Source: Alphaproteobacteria bacterium
GTDB taxonomy: Bacteria > Pseudomonadota > Alphaproteobacteria > UBA7887
Assembly (NCBI GenBank): GCA_965216755.1
Contig: CBDCGL010000011.1
Location: forward strand, 3,008,001-3,072,000
Length of the DNA stretch: 64,000 nt
Reading direction: 5' to 3'
The first letter of the stretch is position 1. Each line of letters begins with the position of its first letter. Both the position numbers and the translations under genes were made by a program. Under the pieces are notes generated by a model. It was not told the origin of the DNA. It did no database searches and saw only the letters and a program-made list of their open reading frames with translations. This document shows, one piece after another, positions 48,893-60,264 of this stretch.

Positions 48893-49396
48893 TTAGCAGG
48901 CTATTGGAATCGTTTCGTATTGGGCACTTGCGCAAGCGCAGACAGTGTCGGCAAATTGAAGCAGCGCCGCGCCCTTGTCGTTCGCCACGCGGGCGAAGAG
49001 ATCGGCAAGCTCGGCGTCGTCGGCACGGGCTGCCGCAGTGTCGAGATCAAGCCATTCCAGGCGGCGCATCGGTTTCTCTTTCCACTTCACGAGATGTTGC
49101 ATAACGAGAAGGGGATAAACAAAGACCTGACATTGAACTTGATAGCCTTGGCGCATGCGTTTGGCATAACGATACGTACCAATGGTCGTATCCGCGACGG
49201 TGCCGACAACGCCGGCCTCTTGCTTGGCTTCGCGGCGCGCCGCTTCGTGCAGGCCGCGCTGACCGTCGGGCCAGCCTTTTGGCAACACCCAGCGGCCACG
49301 TCGCCGCGATGTAATCAGCAGGATTTCGATGTTGCCACGCACCAGAACAAACGGCAACGCGGCCGCTTGCTGTACCGACTTACTCAGAAAGGCCAC
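48893..49396 (-). CDS. NUDIX hydrolase (DIPP-like subgroup)
   Basis: Q.AALP, ILLITSR..GRWVLPKGW, AARREAKQEAG. Confidence 0.85.
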   Translation of the reverse strand: MAFLSKSVQQAAALPFVLVRGNIEILLITSRRRGRWVLPKGWPDGQRGLHEAARREAKQEAGVVGTVADTTIGTYRYAKRMRQGYQVQCQVFVYPLLVMQHLVKWKEKPMRRLEWLDLDTAAARADDAELADLFARVANDKGAALLQFADTVCACASAQYETIPIAC

Positions 49397-49662
49397 GATC
49401 AGGAAGTTCTTCTCGCGCGCCGGGCACGAGCGACATGTCCGCACCGATTGCGGACCGTTTTCGCGCAGACCACAGACAACCGAGGGACGCATTCGCCATG
49501 GTCATTTACAAGACGTTGCATCCCTTCAACAACCAAGCCAATCAGATGACAATGGCGGACAGGTGCTCAGGCCACCGCAATGCGCGCGCTGCGACCTGCG
49601 GCCGCGCATCGTTTCAAGATCTTAGCAGAGCCCAACCCGCCAAGGGTCGGAAAACTGAAAAC

Positions 49663-49693
49663 TTGGTGGAAGTGAGAGGCGCATCCTCGAACC
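49663..49693 (-). other. Distorted tRNA-3'-end-like sequence (possible att relic)
   Basis: Minus strand reads GGTTCGA-GGATGCG-CCTCT-CACTTCC-ACCA: T-loop start and CCA end, with 5 extra nt. Confidence 0.5.
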
Positions 49694-49735
49694 GAAACCA
49701 CGCGGGCAGGTTTGGCGTGGCGGCTGCCCGCAGAC

Positions 49736-51037
49736 TGACCGACCTGAGAGATAGGTGACGTTTTGTACCGGACACATGGGTAACACTTTTGGCCGAATTC
49801 GTGGGGCCGGAGGTGTTGATGCCGTGGAAAGAGAGTTCGGTCATGGAAGAACGTCTACGTTTTGTCGCCCGCCTGTTAGAGGGCGAGCCAATGAGCGATG
49901 TCTGCCGTCAGTTCGGTATCTCGCGCAAGACAGGCTACAAAATCTACAATCGCTACAAGGAGCACGGGCTCGAAGCCCTCTGCGACCGCTCCCGCCGGCC
50001 GGTTCGCTATGCCAACCAATTGCCGGCACAGGTCGAAAGCCTGATCATCCGCTTCAAAAAGGAGAAACCCCATTGGGGCGCACGCAAGATCCGTGAGCTG
50101 CTCGTCCGCCGCCTGGCCGGGGATGTCCGCATCCCAGCCCAAAGTACCGTTCATGCCGTCCTCGACCGGCACGGCCTGGTCAAACGCAAAGGCCGGCCCC
50201 GCCGAAGAGCCAAAGGCACACCCCTGTCCGCTGGCACCGCACCCAATGATTTGTGGTGCACCGACTTCAAAGGCGAGTTCAGACTCGGCAACCGGCGGTA
50301 TTGTTACCCCTTGACCGTTACCGACCATGCCTCGCGCTTCGTCCTGATGTGCGAAGCTCTCGAGTCGACAAAGCAAGATCTCACTCTCACCGCCTTCGAA
50401 CGCCTGTTTGCTGAACGTGGCCTGCCCGCCGCCATCAGATCGGACAATGGCGTACCCTTCGCCAGCCCCAACGGTTTGTTCAATCTCTCCAAGCTCTCCG
50501 TCTGGTGGCTACGCCTCGGCATTCAGATCGAGCGCATCAAACCAGGCCATCCCCAAGAAAATGGCCGACACGAGCGCCTCCACCTTACTTTGAAAAAGGA
50601 AGCCACACGGCCGCCCGGCATGAACAGCCTGCAGCAGCAAGCACGCTTCGATGCCTTCGTTGACGAATTCAACACGGAACGACCCCACCAGGCCCTGGAC
50701 ATGAAACCACCAGACGAGGTCTACAAACCCTCAACCCGGCCCTATACCGGCGTCCCAGAGCTCGCCTACCCCTTTCACGATCGCGACATCCTGGTTACCA
50801 ATTGCGGCCGCATCTGCTTGCACCGCAAAAAAATCAATGTCTCAACCGTGCTCGCGGGGCAAAGGCTCGGCATCAAGGAAGTTGACGACGCCATTTGGCT
50901 CGTCAGCTTCATGCACTATGATCTCGGTTACGTCGATCTTGAACAGAGAACCCTGCAACCCCTCGACAACCCGTTCGGCGCGTGGTTGTCACCCATGTCT
51001 TAGGTACAAACTGTTACCTATGTCTCCGGGCTGGACC
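49736..51037 (+). mobile_element. IS481-family insertion sequence
   Basis: Imperfect ~50-bp terminal IRs (GAGAGATAGGTGAC..TTGTACC..ACATGGGTAAC vs GTCACCCATGT..GGTACAA..GTTACCTATGTCTC); flanked by direct repeat CTGCCCGCAGAC (49724-49735, 51038-51049). Confidence 0.9.
49819..51003 (+). CDS. IS481-family DDE transposase
   Basis: MPWKE, HTH FGISRKTGYK, WG.RKI, WCTDFKG, SDNG.PF, PG.PQENGRHER. Confidence 0.95.
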   Translation: MPWKESSVMEERLRFVARLLEGEPMSDVCRQFGISRKTGYKIYNRYKEHGLEALCDRSRRPVRYANQLPAQVESLIIRFKKEKPHWGARKIRELLVRRLAGDVRIPAQSTVHAVLDRHGLVKRKGRPRRRAKGTPLSAGTAPNDLWCTDFKGEFRLGNRRYCYPLTVTDHASRFVLMCEALESTKQDLTLTAFERLFAERGLPAAIRSDNGVPFASPNGLFNLSKLSVWWLRLGIQIERIKPGHPQENGRHERLHLTLKKEATRPPGMNSLQQQARFDAFVDEFNTERPHQALDMKPPDEVYKPSTRPYTGVPELAYPFHDRDILVTNCGRICLHRKKINVSTVLAGQRLGIKEVDDAIWLVSFMHYDLGYVDLEQRTLQPLDNPFGAWLSPMS

Positions 51038-51055
51038 CTGCCCGCAGACGGAATT

Positions 51056-51131
<76 letters not shown>

Positions 51132-51211
51132 ACACAGTGACCGCGTCTGCCGCGCATGGTCGTCAATATTTGTCGATATCGCCGCATGTTACGCGAACCA
51201 GCGTCGATCTT

Positions 51212-51577
51212 TCATTCCTTTTCGCCCTCCTCCGGGACGGCGCTTTCCAGGACGTCGGCGACATCATCGTCATCTTCGCCGAGTTCGGACACATCTTCAA
51301 TAACATCGTCATCACTATCGTCGTCTTCGGCGGTGTCGTCATTGGCGACCGCCTTTTCCTTGGTCGCCGCCGCCGCGGTCACCGCGGTTTCTTTCTTGGC
51401 CTCGCGCGCGGCGCGTGCCGCACTCGACGAACGCGAGGACCGTTTGCTTTGCGTGGTGCTGGTATCAATCACTGCCTGACAAGATGGACAGGTCACCGGC
51501 GTCCGCCCAAAATCGTAGAACTTGGTCGCGCAGTTGGCGCATATGTGTTTCGAACCCCAGGCCGCATTTGCCACCAT
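51212..51577 (-). CDS. TIGR02300 / FYDLN-acid family protein
   Basis: WG.K..C..C..KFYD...P..CP.C with acidic tail; divergent from aroA. Confidence 0.88.
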   Translation of the reverse strand: MVANAAWGSKHICANCATKFYDFGRTPVTCPSCQAVIDTSTTQSKRSSRSSSAARAAREAKKETAVTAAAATKEKAVANDDTAEDDDSDDDVIEDVSELGEDDDDVADVLESAVPEEGEKE

Positions 51578-51796
51578 TGAGCCTCCTTAAGTCCGCCATT
51601 TGCCGTATGGTCTGTTGCGGCGCCGCCATTGCCCCAGCGCGGCGCGGCTGCCCCCTTGCCATGAAGCGTCCCCCGCTGTCAAAGCAATTTGAACGGTCCG
51701 TCGGGGCGATGGTCGCATAGGTGCCGACGCTGTGATAGAGATGCCGCAATGGTTGGCAATTCGCAGAGTTCAATGCCGGTCCGGCGGCGCACATAA

Positions 51797-53131
51797 ATGA
51801 CCAGCTGGCAGTCGATGGCCGCGGGGCCCCTGACCGGTACGATCACCGCACCGGGCGATAAGTCGCTGTCTCACAGGGCGCTTATTTTTGGAACTTTGGC
51901 GAGCGGCGAAACGTTCATCGATGGCTTGCTTGAATCCGACGATGTCCTGCGCACGGCAGCCGCGTTAGGCGCCATGGGCGCCGCGATCGAGCGCGACGCA
52001 ACCGGCCAATGGCGGGTTCGCGGCGTCGGCGTCAGCGGCCTGCGCGCGCCAGACGACGTGATCGATCTTGGCAATAGCGGCACCGCGGCGCGCTTGTTGG
52101 CGGGGGTGATCGGCGGGCAAGCGATCACGGCCATCCTCACCGGCGACGCATCACTGCGGCGCCGCCCCATGGCGCGCGTGGCGACACCACTTAGGCAAAT
52201 GGGTGTGCGGCTGACCGGCCGCGCCGGCGACCGCTTGCCAATGATGATCGCCGGCACGGACCTGTTACTACCTGTCACCTATAACCTGCCGGTGGCCTCG
52301 GCCCAGGTTAAATCGGCGGTGCTGCTGGCCGGATTGGCCGCGCCCGGCACGACCACGGTGATCGAGGGTCAGCCGACGCGCGATCACACCGAACGCATGG
52401 CAGCGCTATTTGGCGCCGAAATTGCGACCACCAAGGATGGCGCTGGCTGTCGCGTAGCCATCACCGGTCAGCCGGAACTGACCGCGCAGCACCTTGATTT
52501 GCCCGGCGATCCGTCGTCAGCGGCGTTCATGTTGGTTGCCGCGGCAATGATTCCCGGGTCCGAGGTTACAGTCCGCCGGATCGGTTTCAATCCGGCCCGT
52601 ATCGGCCTATTCGAAACGCTCTCCGAAATGGGCGCCGATCTGACAATAACCCACACCGGCGAAAGCGCCGGCGAACCGGTCGCCGACGTCACCATCCGTG
52701 GTGGGCCGCTGCGCGGTGTTGATGTTCCAGCGGCGCGCGCGCCGCGCATGATCGATGAATACCCGATCTTGGCGGTCGCCGCCGCCGCCGCCGAAGGACC
52801 GACGACAATGCACGGCTTGGCCGAGCTTAAAGTCAAGGAAAGCGATCGCCTCAATGCGATCGCGGCTGGCTTGACCGCCTGTGGCGTGACCTGCGCGATT
52901 GCCGACGACAGTCTGACTGTTCAGGGGTGCGGTGGCGCGCCGCCGGGCGGCGGCCGCGTCACGACCCATCACGACCACCGCATCGCGATGGCTTTCCTAA
53001 TTTTGGGCATGGCGACGAAATCACGCGTCGCCGTCGATCATGTCGACATGATCGCCACGAGCTTTCCTGATTTTCGCGCAGCTTGCGCCGGCTTGGGCGC
53101 GCGCCTTGAAGACGCCCCTGCACCGCCATGA
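51797..53131 (+). CDS. aroA: EPSP synthase
   Basis: [32 protein letters not shown]. Confidence 0.97.
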   Translation: MTSWQSMAAGPLTGTITAPGDKSLSHRALIFGTLASGETFIDGLLESDDVLRTAAALGAMGAAIERDATGQWRVRGVGVSGLRAPDDVIDLGNSGTAARLLAGVIGGQAITAILTGDASLRRRPMARVATPLRQMGVRLTGRAGDRLPMMIAGTDLLLPVTYNLPVASAQVKSAVLLAGLAAPGTTTVIEGQPTRDHTERMAALFGAEIATTKDGAGCRVAITGQPELTAQHLDLPGDPSSAAFMLVAAAMIPGSEVTVRRIGFNPARIGLFETLSEMGADLTITHTGESAGEPVADVTIRGGPLRGVDVPAARAPRMIDEYPILAVAAAAAEGPTTMHGLAELKVKESDRLNAIAAGLTACGVTCAIADDSLTVQGCGGAPPGGGRVTTHHDHRIAMAFLILGMATKSRVAVDHVDMIATSFPDFRAACAGLGARLEDAPAPP

Positions 53132-53775
53132 TTATCGCCGTCGACGGACCGGCGGCAGCGGGCAAGGGCACTTTGGCGCGCCGCTTGGCCGACCATTTTG
53201 GTCTTGCCTATTTGGACACCGGGACGCTGTATCGTGCCACCGCAGCACGGCTGTTGCGCAGTGGTGATGACCCGAACAACCCGAACGCGGCGGCCGCGGC
53301 CGCCGGCGCTTTGGTTGCGGCCGATCTGCAATCACCCGATTTGCGCGCGGAACATGTCGGCCAAGCCGCATCGGTCGTCGCCGCCCACCACCCGGTGCGC
53401 GCCGCACTGTTGGCATATCAACGGAAATTTGCTGCGCAGCCGCCACAAAACAAGCGCGGCGCGGTGCTCGATGGTCGCGATATCGGCACCGTGGTGTTGC
53501 CGGACGCCGACGTCAAAATCTTTGTCACGGCAAGCCTTGAAGCGCGCGCAACGCGCCGCCATAAGGAGTTGCGGGCGCTTGGTCAGAAGAGTATAAGGGC
53601 TGATATCTTGCAAGAAATGCAGGATCGGGATACCCGTGATCGGGAAAGAGCTGCGGCGCCGCTCAAGCCTGCCCCTAATGCGTTTCTGTTGGATACGACG
53701 GCTCTCGATGCCGACGCCGCCTTTGAGGCGGCGCTGCTTTTTGTGACTTCTCGCCAATTGACCCCGGACAATTGA
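53128..53775 (+). CDS. cmk: Cytidylate kinase
   Basis: [29 protein letters not shown]. Confidence 0.97.
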   Translation: MIIAVDGPAAAGKGTLARRLADHFGLAYLDTGTLYRATAARLLRSGDDPNNPNAAAAAAGALVAADLQSPDLRAEHVGQAASVVAAHHPVRAALLAYQRKFAAQPPQNKRGAVLDGRDIGTVVLPDADVKIFVTASLEARATRRHKELRALGQKSIRADILQEMQDRDTRDRERAAAPLKPAPNAFLLDTTALDADAAFEAALLFVTSRQLTPDN

Positions 53776-53868
53776 CACACGAAAGGCCGAGACGCCGACC
53801 GCCAACAGAACGCGGCATGGCGCGACAAGCCGACGCCTGGCCGGAATATTGGGAGCACGTTTGCCAGC

Positions 53869-55632
53869 ATGAGCGACCCTATCGCCGAAACCGGTGTGGA
53901 AGCGGGCGCGGAAGAAAACTTCGCCGCGCTGTTTGAACAATCGATTGCCGACGCCAACAAAGTTGAGGGATCGGTGGTCGAAGGCCAAGTCATCGCGATC
54001 GAAAATGACATGGCGGTCATTGACGTCGGTTTGAAGGCGGAAGGCCGCGTCGCAATCAAGGAGTTCGCGCAGCCCGGCGGAGGCAAAACCGAACTCAGCA
54101 TCGGCGATACGGTCGAAGTGTTTTTGGAGCGGATCGAGAACCGCCATGGCGAGGCGGTGCTGAGTCGCGAACGGGCGCGTCGCGAAGAAGCGTGGGTTCT
54201 GCTGGAGACCGCGTTCCGTGACAATGCCCGTGTCGAGGGCGTGATCTTCGGCCGCGTCAAGGGCGGCTTCACGGTCGATCTGGGCGGCGCGGTGGCTTTT
54301 TTGCCCGGAAGTCAGGTCGATGTACGACCGATTCGCGACATCACGCCGTTGATGGGCAACAAGCAGCCATTCCAAATTCTGAAGATGGATCGGCGACGCG
54401 GGAACATCGTGGTGTCGCGGCGCGCGGTGATGGAAGAGACCCGCGCCGAAGCCCGCGCCGAATTGGTTTCAAACCTGAAGGAAGGCCAGATTCTGGAAGG
54501 CGTCGTCAAGAACATCACGGAATATGGCGCGTTTGTGGATTTGGGTGAAGTCGACGGCTTGTTGCATGTGACGGACATCGCCTGGCGGCGGGTGAATCAT
54601 CCGTCGGAAGTTCTGCAAATTGGTCAAACCGTCAAAGTTCAAGTGATTCGCTTCAACCCGGAAACCCAACGCATCAGCCTAGGCATGAAACAGCTTGAAG
54701 CGGACCCGTGGGACGGGGTCGAGGCCAAGTATCCGGTCGGTGTCAAGTTTACCGGCCGCGTCACCAACATCACCGACTATGGCGCGTTTGTTGAGCTTGA
54801 GCCGGGTGTCGAAGGCTTGGTGCATGTGTCCGAGATGAGCTGGACCAAAAAGAACGTGCATCCCGGCAAGATCGTGTCGACCAGCCAGCAAGTCGACGTC
54901 ATGGTGTTGGATGTCGACGGTCAGAAACGCCGAATCAGCTTGGGCCTCAAGCAATGTGTCGGCAATCCGTGGGAAGCGTTCCGCGACAGCCATCCGGTCG
55001 GTTCGGAAATCGAGGGCGAAGTTCGCAATATCACCGATTTCGGTTTGTTCATTGGCCTACCTGGCGATATCGACGGTTTGGTTCATATGTCCGACCTTGA
55101 TTGGGGCCGATCGGGCGAAGACGCCATCGGCGACTACAAGAAAAGCGATACAGTGCGCGCGCGTGTGCTGGATATCGACACCAGCAAAGAACGCATCAGC
55201 CTGGGTATCAAGCAGCTTTCGGAAGATCCGTATACTGAGGCCGTCGCCGGTTTGGCGAAGGGCAGCGTGGTCACCTGTATCGTGTCGGCGGTGTTGGACA
55301 ATGGAATCGAGGTCAAAGTCAACGACGACGTGACCGGTTTTGTGCGCAAGGCCGATCTGTCGCGCGACCGCGCCGATCAACGACCGGACCGGTTTGCGGT
55401 CGGCGACCGGGTTGACGCCAAGATCACGCAATTGGACCAGGGCAGCCGGCGCATGACCTTGTCGATCAAAGCGCTTGAAATCCAAGAAGAGAAACAGGCG
55501 ATGGCGGAATATGGCTCATCGGACAGCGGCGCCAGCCTGGGCGATATTCTGGGGGCGGCCATGACCAAGGCCGGCTTGCGACGTGAAGAGCTGGAATCCA
55601 ACACGGACGACAGCGACAAGGACGACGAATAA
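53869..55632 (+). CDS. rpsA: 30S ribosomal protein S1
   Basis: Six S1 repeats (YGAFVDL, RISLG.KQL), ASLGDIL. Confidence 0.98.
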   Translation: MSDPIAETGVEAGAEENFAALFEQSIADANKVEGSVVEGQVIAIENDMAVIDVGLKAEGRVAIKEFAQPGGGKTELSIGDTVEVFLERIENRHGEAVLSRERARREEAWVLLETAFRDNARVEGVIFGRVKGGFTVDLGGAVAFLPGSQVDVRPIRDITPLMGNKQPFQILKMDRRRGNIVVSRRAVMEETRAEARAELVSNLKEGQILEGVVKNITEYGAFVDLGEVDGLLHVTDIAWRRVNHPSEVLQIGQTVKVQVIRFNPETQRISLGMKQLEADPWDGVEAKYPVGVKFTGRVTNITDYGAFVELEPGVEGLVHVSEMSWTKKNVHPGKIVSTSQQVDVMVLDVDGQKRRISLGLKQCVGNPWEAFRDSHPVGSEIEGEVRNITDFGLFIGLPGDIDGLVHMSDLDWGRSGEDAIGDYKKSDTVRARVLDIDTSKERISLGIKQLSEDPYTEAVAGLAKGSVVTCIVSAVLDNGIEVKVNDDVTGFVRKADLSRDRADQRPDRFAVGDRVDAKITQLDQGSRRMTLSIKALEIQEEKQAMAEYGSSDSGASLGDILGAAMTKAGLRREELESNTDDSDKDDE

Positions 55633-55711
55633 CCGACAGAAACCGCCATGCGGCGCGGTCCCGATTTCGCCGCGCGCAATTCGCCAATAGGGGCACAGTG
55701 ACGGCTTCGAT

Positions 55712-56701
55712 ATGAGCGAGGTTACGGGACCGTCGGCAGCGCAAGATCCGGGCAGCGGCACTGCGCGCGGGTTGGATGGCACGGGCGAACCCGTATACAC
55801 GGCCCCTGCGGATGCCGCCATTGATCGCCGGCGCCTCAAACGGTCTGTTGCGGTCTGGCGCATCGTGGCCGTGATCGCCGTTGTCGCGGCGATCGCCGTC
55901 GCCGTTGACAAAGTGGCGCCGCTGTCAGTGGGCCGTCACGTTGCCGTTCTCACGGTCGAGGGCATCATCTTAAGCGATCGCTATTTAGAGAAAGCGATCA
56001 GCGACTTGGCCAAGAATGACAGTGCGGTCGCGGTGATCGTACGCATCGATAGCCCGGGCGGCTCGACCTTTGCCAGCGAAACATTGTACCAGCGCATTCG
56101 CACGGTGGCCGAAACCAAACCGGTCGTCGCGGTGATGGAAAATGTCGCGGCATCAGGCGGTTACATGACGGCCATCGCGGCTGATCACATCTTGGCCGGC
56201 GACAGCACCATTACCGGCTCGATCGGCGTCATTTTGGAAGCCACCAATGTGGTGGGACTTTTGGAGAAGTTGGGCATCGAAAACGAGCCGATTAAGAGCG
56301 CGCCGCTGAAAGCGCAGCCGAACCCGTTCGAACGCATGACCCCGGCTGCGCGGCAGGCGACCCAAAACCTGGTCGACGAGGTCTATGAAATGTTCGTCGA
56401 TATGGTTGCCGAACGTCGTGGCCTCAGCGAGGCTCAGACCAAGGCGGTTTCCGATGGCCGCGTCTTTACCGGCCGCACCGCGCTGCAAAACGGTCTGATC
56501 GACGGCATTGGCCATGTGAGCGCGGCGCGCGAATGGCTCAGCACGACCCACAATGTCGACCAGGACCTGCCGGAACGCGATGTCGAGGTCGACTATCCGG
56601 ATCGGTTTGTCGATCAGCTAACCGCGCGCATATTTGGAAAATCCTATTTGCCAGAAAGACTTACCCTTGACGGGCTGATTTCGCTCTGGCACGCTAGTTA
56701 G
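55712..56701 (+). CDS. sppA: Signal peptide peptidase SppA (S49)
   Basis: IDSPGGS, KPVVA, AASGGY, TGSIGV, DGRVFTG. Confidence 0.92.
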   Translation: MSEVTGPSAAQDPGSGTARGLDGTGEPVYTAPADAAIDRRRLKRSVAVWRIVAVIAVVAAIAVAVDKVAPLSVGRHVAVLTVEGIILSDRYLEKAISDLAKNDSAVAVIVRIDSPGGSTFASETLYQRIRTVAETKPVVAVMENVAASGGYMTAIAADHILAGDSTITGSIGVILEATNVVGLLEKLGIENEPIKSAPLKAQPNPFERMTPAARQATQNLVDEVYEMFVDMVAERRGLSEAQTKAVSDGRVFTGRTALQNGLIDGIGHVSAAREWLSTTHNVDQDLPERDVEVDYPDRFVDQLTARIFGKSYLPERLTLDGLISLWHAS

Positions 56702-56788
56702 GCAGTCCAAAAGTCATTGGCATGGTGTCGAACGCCACTTACGGAGAGCGGCAGTGTCAGTGACCGCGCGGCGCGGAACGTGGGGACC

Positions 56789-57076
56789 ATGACCAAATCA
56801 GAATTGATCCTTCGCTTGGCCGAAGAAAACCCGCACTTGTTTCAACGCGATATTGAACGCATCGTGACCACGGTGTTCGACGAGATTTCGGCGGCGTTGG
56901 CGCGCGGCGATCGTGTCGAACTGCGCGGTTTCGGTGCCTTTTCCGTTAAGGCGCGCGAGGCCCGTATTGGGCGTAATCCGCGCACTGGCGAAGCCGTGCG
57001 GGTGCCGCAAAAGCACATTCCGTTCTTTAAGTCGGGCAAGGAACTGCGTGAACGGGTCAACAACTCGAACCAATAG
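56789..57076 (+). CDS. ihfB: Integration host factor beta subunit
   Basis: [35 protein letters not shown]. Confidence 0.97.
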   Translation: MTKSELILRLAEENPHLFQRDIERIVTTVFDEISAALARGDRVELRGFGAFSVKAREARIGRNPRTGEAVRVPQKHIPFFKSGKELRERVNNSNQ

Positions 57077-57133
57077 CGCGCGCGTCTCAAGGACTGGCAA
57101 GACCACTGTCGGATGGTCGTGCCAGTGGTGACA

Positions 57134-57457
57134 ATGAAATATGTGAGCCGATCAGTCGCCGGTGTCATTGCGGTTGTGATTGTGGTGTTTGCAATTGCCA
57201 ATCGCGGTGACGTGGTTGTGAGCTTTTCGCCATTGCCGTTCACGGTGCAAATTCCCCTGTACGCCGTGTTGTTGGCAACCGCGGCACTGGGGGCCTTGGC
57301 AGGCGGCGTCGGTGCCTGGTTTGCCGCCGGCCGCGTACGCGCCCGGGCACGGCGTCAAAGACGGCAAATTCAGAGCCTGGAGGACGAGCTGACCGCGGCG
57401 GTGCGCGGCCACGGCAATCGCCAAGTGGTGGCCCATGCAACCGGCGACAATGGTTGA
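57134..57457 (+). CDS. LapA/DUF1049-family membrane protein
   Basis: FAIANR..V...F.P followed by a second TM and coiled coil; follows ihfB. Confidence 0.8.
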   Translation: MKYVSRSVAGVIAVVIVVFAIANRGDVVVSFSPLPFTVQIPLYAVLLATAALGALAGGVGAWFAAGRVRARARRQRRQIQSLEDELTAAVRGHGNRQVVAHATGDNG

Positions 57458-57556
57458 ACGCGGCGGTTGAACGCGGCGGTCACCAATAAACGTGCTGGTG
57501 AATGACGGTCGCGCCATCGCGTGGGTCAAGACTCCCGAGCGCCGAAGGATTTGATC

Positions 57557-58300
57557 ATGACGAGCGATCGCGCGCGACACATCATTTGCGCCATCGACAC
57601 CGGCGATTTGGATGTCGCCGTTGATCTGGCGCGACGTTTGGATGGCACGGTCGGCGCCGTCAAGCTGGGCTTAGAGTTTTTCGCCGCGCAAGGCCCGGCC
57701 GGTGTGCATCGGGTGGCGAAGGCCGGCCCGCCGATTTTTCTCGATCTGAAGCTGCACGACATCCCCAACACCGTGGCTGGCGCCATGCATATGGCGGCAG
57801 CAACCCGTCCGTTCATGGTGACGGTGCATGCATCCGGTGGCGCCGCCATGATGCGCGCCGCTGCCGCCGCCAGCTTGCCGGCCGCCCACGATGTTGACTA
57901 TCCACGGCCTTTGGTTGTTGGTGTCACCGTTCTGACCAGTTTCGACAATGACGATGTGCGCGACGTGGGGATGACCGGGCCATTGACCGATCAGGTCAAG
58001 AGGCTGGCGGATCTGGCCCAGACCTGCGGGCTGGACGGCGTCGTCACGTCGGCCCGCGAAGTCGCGATGCTGCGTGCCCAATGCGGCCCCGACTTCCTTT
58101 TGGTCGTCCCGGGCATTCGTCCCGGCTGGGCGACCGCGAATGATCAAAAGCGCATTGTCACGCCCAACCAGGCGTTGGCCGCAGGCGCGGACTATCTGGT
58201 GATTGGCCGCCCAATCACGCGCGCGCACGATCCGCTCGATGCGGCCCGAAGGATTGCCGCGGACATGGCCGGTATCTCCGAGGGACACAGCCGTGGATAG
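57557..58300 (+). CDS. pyrF: Orotidine-5'-phosphate decarboxylase
   Basis: FLDLKLHDIPNTV, VTVLTS, PGIRP, DQKR, GRPI. Confidence 0.97.
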   Translation: MTSDRARHIICAIDTGDLDVAVDLARRLDGTVGAVKLGLEFFAAQGPAGVHRVAKAGPPIFLDLKLHDIPNTVAGAMHMAAATRPFMVTVHASGGAAMMRAAAAASLPAAHDVDYPRPLVVGVTVLTSFDNDDVRDVGMTGPLTDQVKRLADLAQTCGLDGVVTSAREVAMLRAQCGPDFLLVVPGIRPGWATANDQKRIVTPNQALAAGADYLVIGRPITRAHDPLDAARRIAADMAGISEGHSRG

Positions 58301-58973
58301 CCCGATCCCGGCAACGATCGCAGTCAAAATCTGCGGCTTGTCGAGCGCGGACGCGGTCGACGCCGCCGTCGAAGGCGGCGCGGCGTTCGCTGGTTTTGTG
58401 TTCTATCCGCCATCCCCGCGCCACATACCCGCGGCCGCGGCGGCTGCATTGATCGCCAGGCTGCCGGCATCGGTCACGCCGGTCGGCGTGTTTGTCGATC
58501 CGGATGATGATCAGCTTGACAACGCGCTGGCCGCGGCCCCATTGCGGCTGATCCAATTGCATGGTTATGAATCGCCGGCACGCGTGGCGGCCCTGCGCGC
58601 GCGCCTTGGCATACCGATCATGAAAGCGCTACCTGTCGCCTCGGCCGACGATGTCGCCGCCGCGCACGCCTATGACACGGTTGCCGATCGATTGTTGTTC
58701 GACGCCAAGCCGCCGTTGTTGCCAGAAGGCGCCGGCGCGCAATTGCCCGGTGGCAATGGTTTGGCGTTTGATTGGCAATTGCTTGCGGCGGCGCCGCCGC
58801 GCGGGCGGTGGATGTTATCCGGCGGCCTGAACGCCGCGAATCTCGCCGATGCCGTGCGCATTTCGGGCGCCGAAGCCGTCGATGTTTCATCGGGGGTCGA
58901 ATCGCGGCCTGGCCAGAAAAATCTTGCCTTGATCAGCACGTTTCTGGCACAAGCCGCGGCTCTGGCGACGTAG
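58293..58973 (+). CDS. trpF: Phosphoribosylanthranilate isomerase
   Basis: VKICGL, SPR, QLHG.E, LSGGL, VDVSSGVE. Confidence 0.96.
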   Translation: MDSPIPATIAVKICGLSSADAVDAAVEGGAAFAGFVFYPPSPRHIPAAAAAALIARLPASVTPVGVFVDPDDDQLDNALAAAPLRLIQLHGYESPARVAALRARLGIPIMKALPVASADDVAAAHAYDTVADRLLFDAKPPLLPEGAGAQLPGGNGLAFDWQLLAAAPPRGRWMLSGGLNAANLADAVRISGAEAVDVSSGVESRPGQKNLALISTFLAQAAALAT

Positions 58974-59052
58974 ATTCCGCTATGCACACGGCCGTCAGCG
59001 TGCATGATGCGGGCTGTTTTGACAGCACATAACACGCATTCGCCCCAAGCGC

Positions 59053-60264
59053 ATGAAACCTTTGAACACCTATCGCGACGGCCCTGACGAACAAGGTCAT
59101 TTCGGTATCTTTGGCGGCCGCTATGTCGCCGAGACCTTGATGCCGCTGATCCTGGATCTGGAAACCGCCTACAATACAGCCAAGACCGACCCGACATTCG
59201 CCGACGAACTGCGTTATTGGCTGAAACACTACGTCGGCCGACCGAGTCCGCTCTATTACGCGCAAAGGCTGACCGCGCATCTCGGCGGCGCCAAGATCTA
59301 TTTCAAGCGCGACGAGCTCAACCACACGGGCGCCCACAAAATCAACAACTGCATTGGGCAGATCTTGCTTGCCAAACGCATGGGCAAAACGCGAATCATC
59401 GCGGAGACCGGCGCCGGCCAACACGGCGTGGCAACCGCCACCGTGTGCGCGCTGTTTGGCCTGCCATGCGTCGTATACATGGGCGCGGTCGATATCGCCC
59501 GGCAGCAACCCAACGTGTTCCGCATGAAACTGCTCGGCGCCGAAGTGGTGCCGGTCACGTCGGGCGCGCATACCCTCAAAGACGCCATGAACGAGGCCTT
59601 GCGCGATTGGGTGACGAACGTCGCCGATACCTATTACATCATCGGCACAGTGGCTGGGCCGCATCCCTATCCGGAATTGGTGCGCGACTTTCAATCGGTG
59701 ATCGGCGACGAGGTACGCGAACAGATCATGGAGCAGGAAGGTCGCCTGCCAGATAGCCTGGTCGCTTGCATCGGCGGCGGCTCGAATGCCATGGGGCTAT
59801 TCCATCCGTTCTTGGACGACACCGACGTGAACATCATTGGCGTGGAAGCAGGTGGCGAAGGCGTTGAAACGGGCCGTCATGCGGCCTCTCTCAGTGCCGG
59901 TCGACCTGGCGTATTGCACGGCAATCGCACCTATCTGTTGCAGGATGATGACGGCCAAATCGTTGAAGCCCATTCCATTTCAGCCGGGCTGGATTATCCG
60001 GGGATCGGCCCCGAACATGCTTGGCTGCACGACGTCGGTCGCGTGACGTACGCGTCGGTCACGGACGCCGAGGCCTTGGACGCGTTTCAGCTCTGCTCGC
60101 GTTTGGAAGGGATCATTCCGGCACTGGAACCGGCGCACGCCTTGGCCTATGTGATCAAGCATGCGCCGACCTTGCCGGAAGACCATATCTTGGTGATGAA
60201 CTTGTGTGGCCGGGGCGATAAGGACATCTTCGCAGTCGCCGAGTCGCTGGGTGTGACCTTGTGA
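59053..60264 (+). CDS. trpB: Tryptophan synthase beta chain
   Basis: [33 protein letters not shown]. Confidence 0.98.
   Translation: MKPLNTYRDGPDEQGHFGIFGGRYVAETLMPLILDLETAYNTAKTDPTFADELRYWLKHYVGRPSPLYYAQRLTAHLGGAKIYFKRDELNHTGAHKINNCIGQILLAKRMGKTRIIAETGAGQHGVATATVCALFGLPCVVYMGAVDIARQQPNVFRMKLLGAEVVPVTSGAHTLKDAMNEALRDWVTNVADTYYIIGTVAGPHPYPELVRDFQSVIGDEVREQIMEQEGRLPDSLVACIGGGSNAMGLFHPFLDDTDVNIIGVEAGGEGVETGRHAASLSAGRPGVLHGNRTYLLQDDDGQIVEAHSISAGLDYPGIGPEHAWLHDVGRVTYASVTDAEALDAFQLCSRLEGIIPALEPAHALAYVIKHAPTLPEDHILVMNLCGRGDKDIFAVAESLGVTL

Noticed and set aside
49535-49553. Pho box upstream of NUDIX-pit (TTGTCAT-CTGA-TTGGCTT on the minus strand)
   Set aside because: Only one half-site matches; too weak to call.
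1-49600. Whole left part as one genomic island anchored at tRNA-Ala
   Set aside because: No integrase, conjugation or phage genes, no obvious compositional shift by eye, and the only tRNA-like repeat lies just 1.4 kb from the tRNA.
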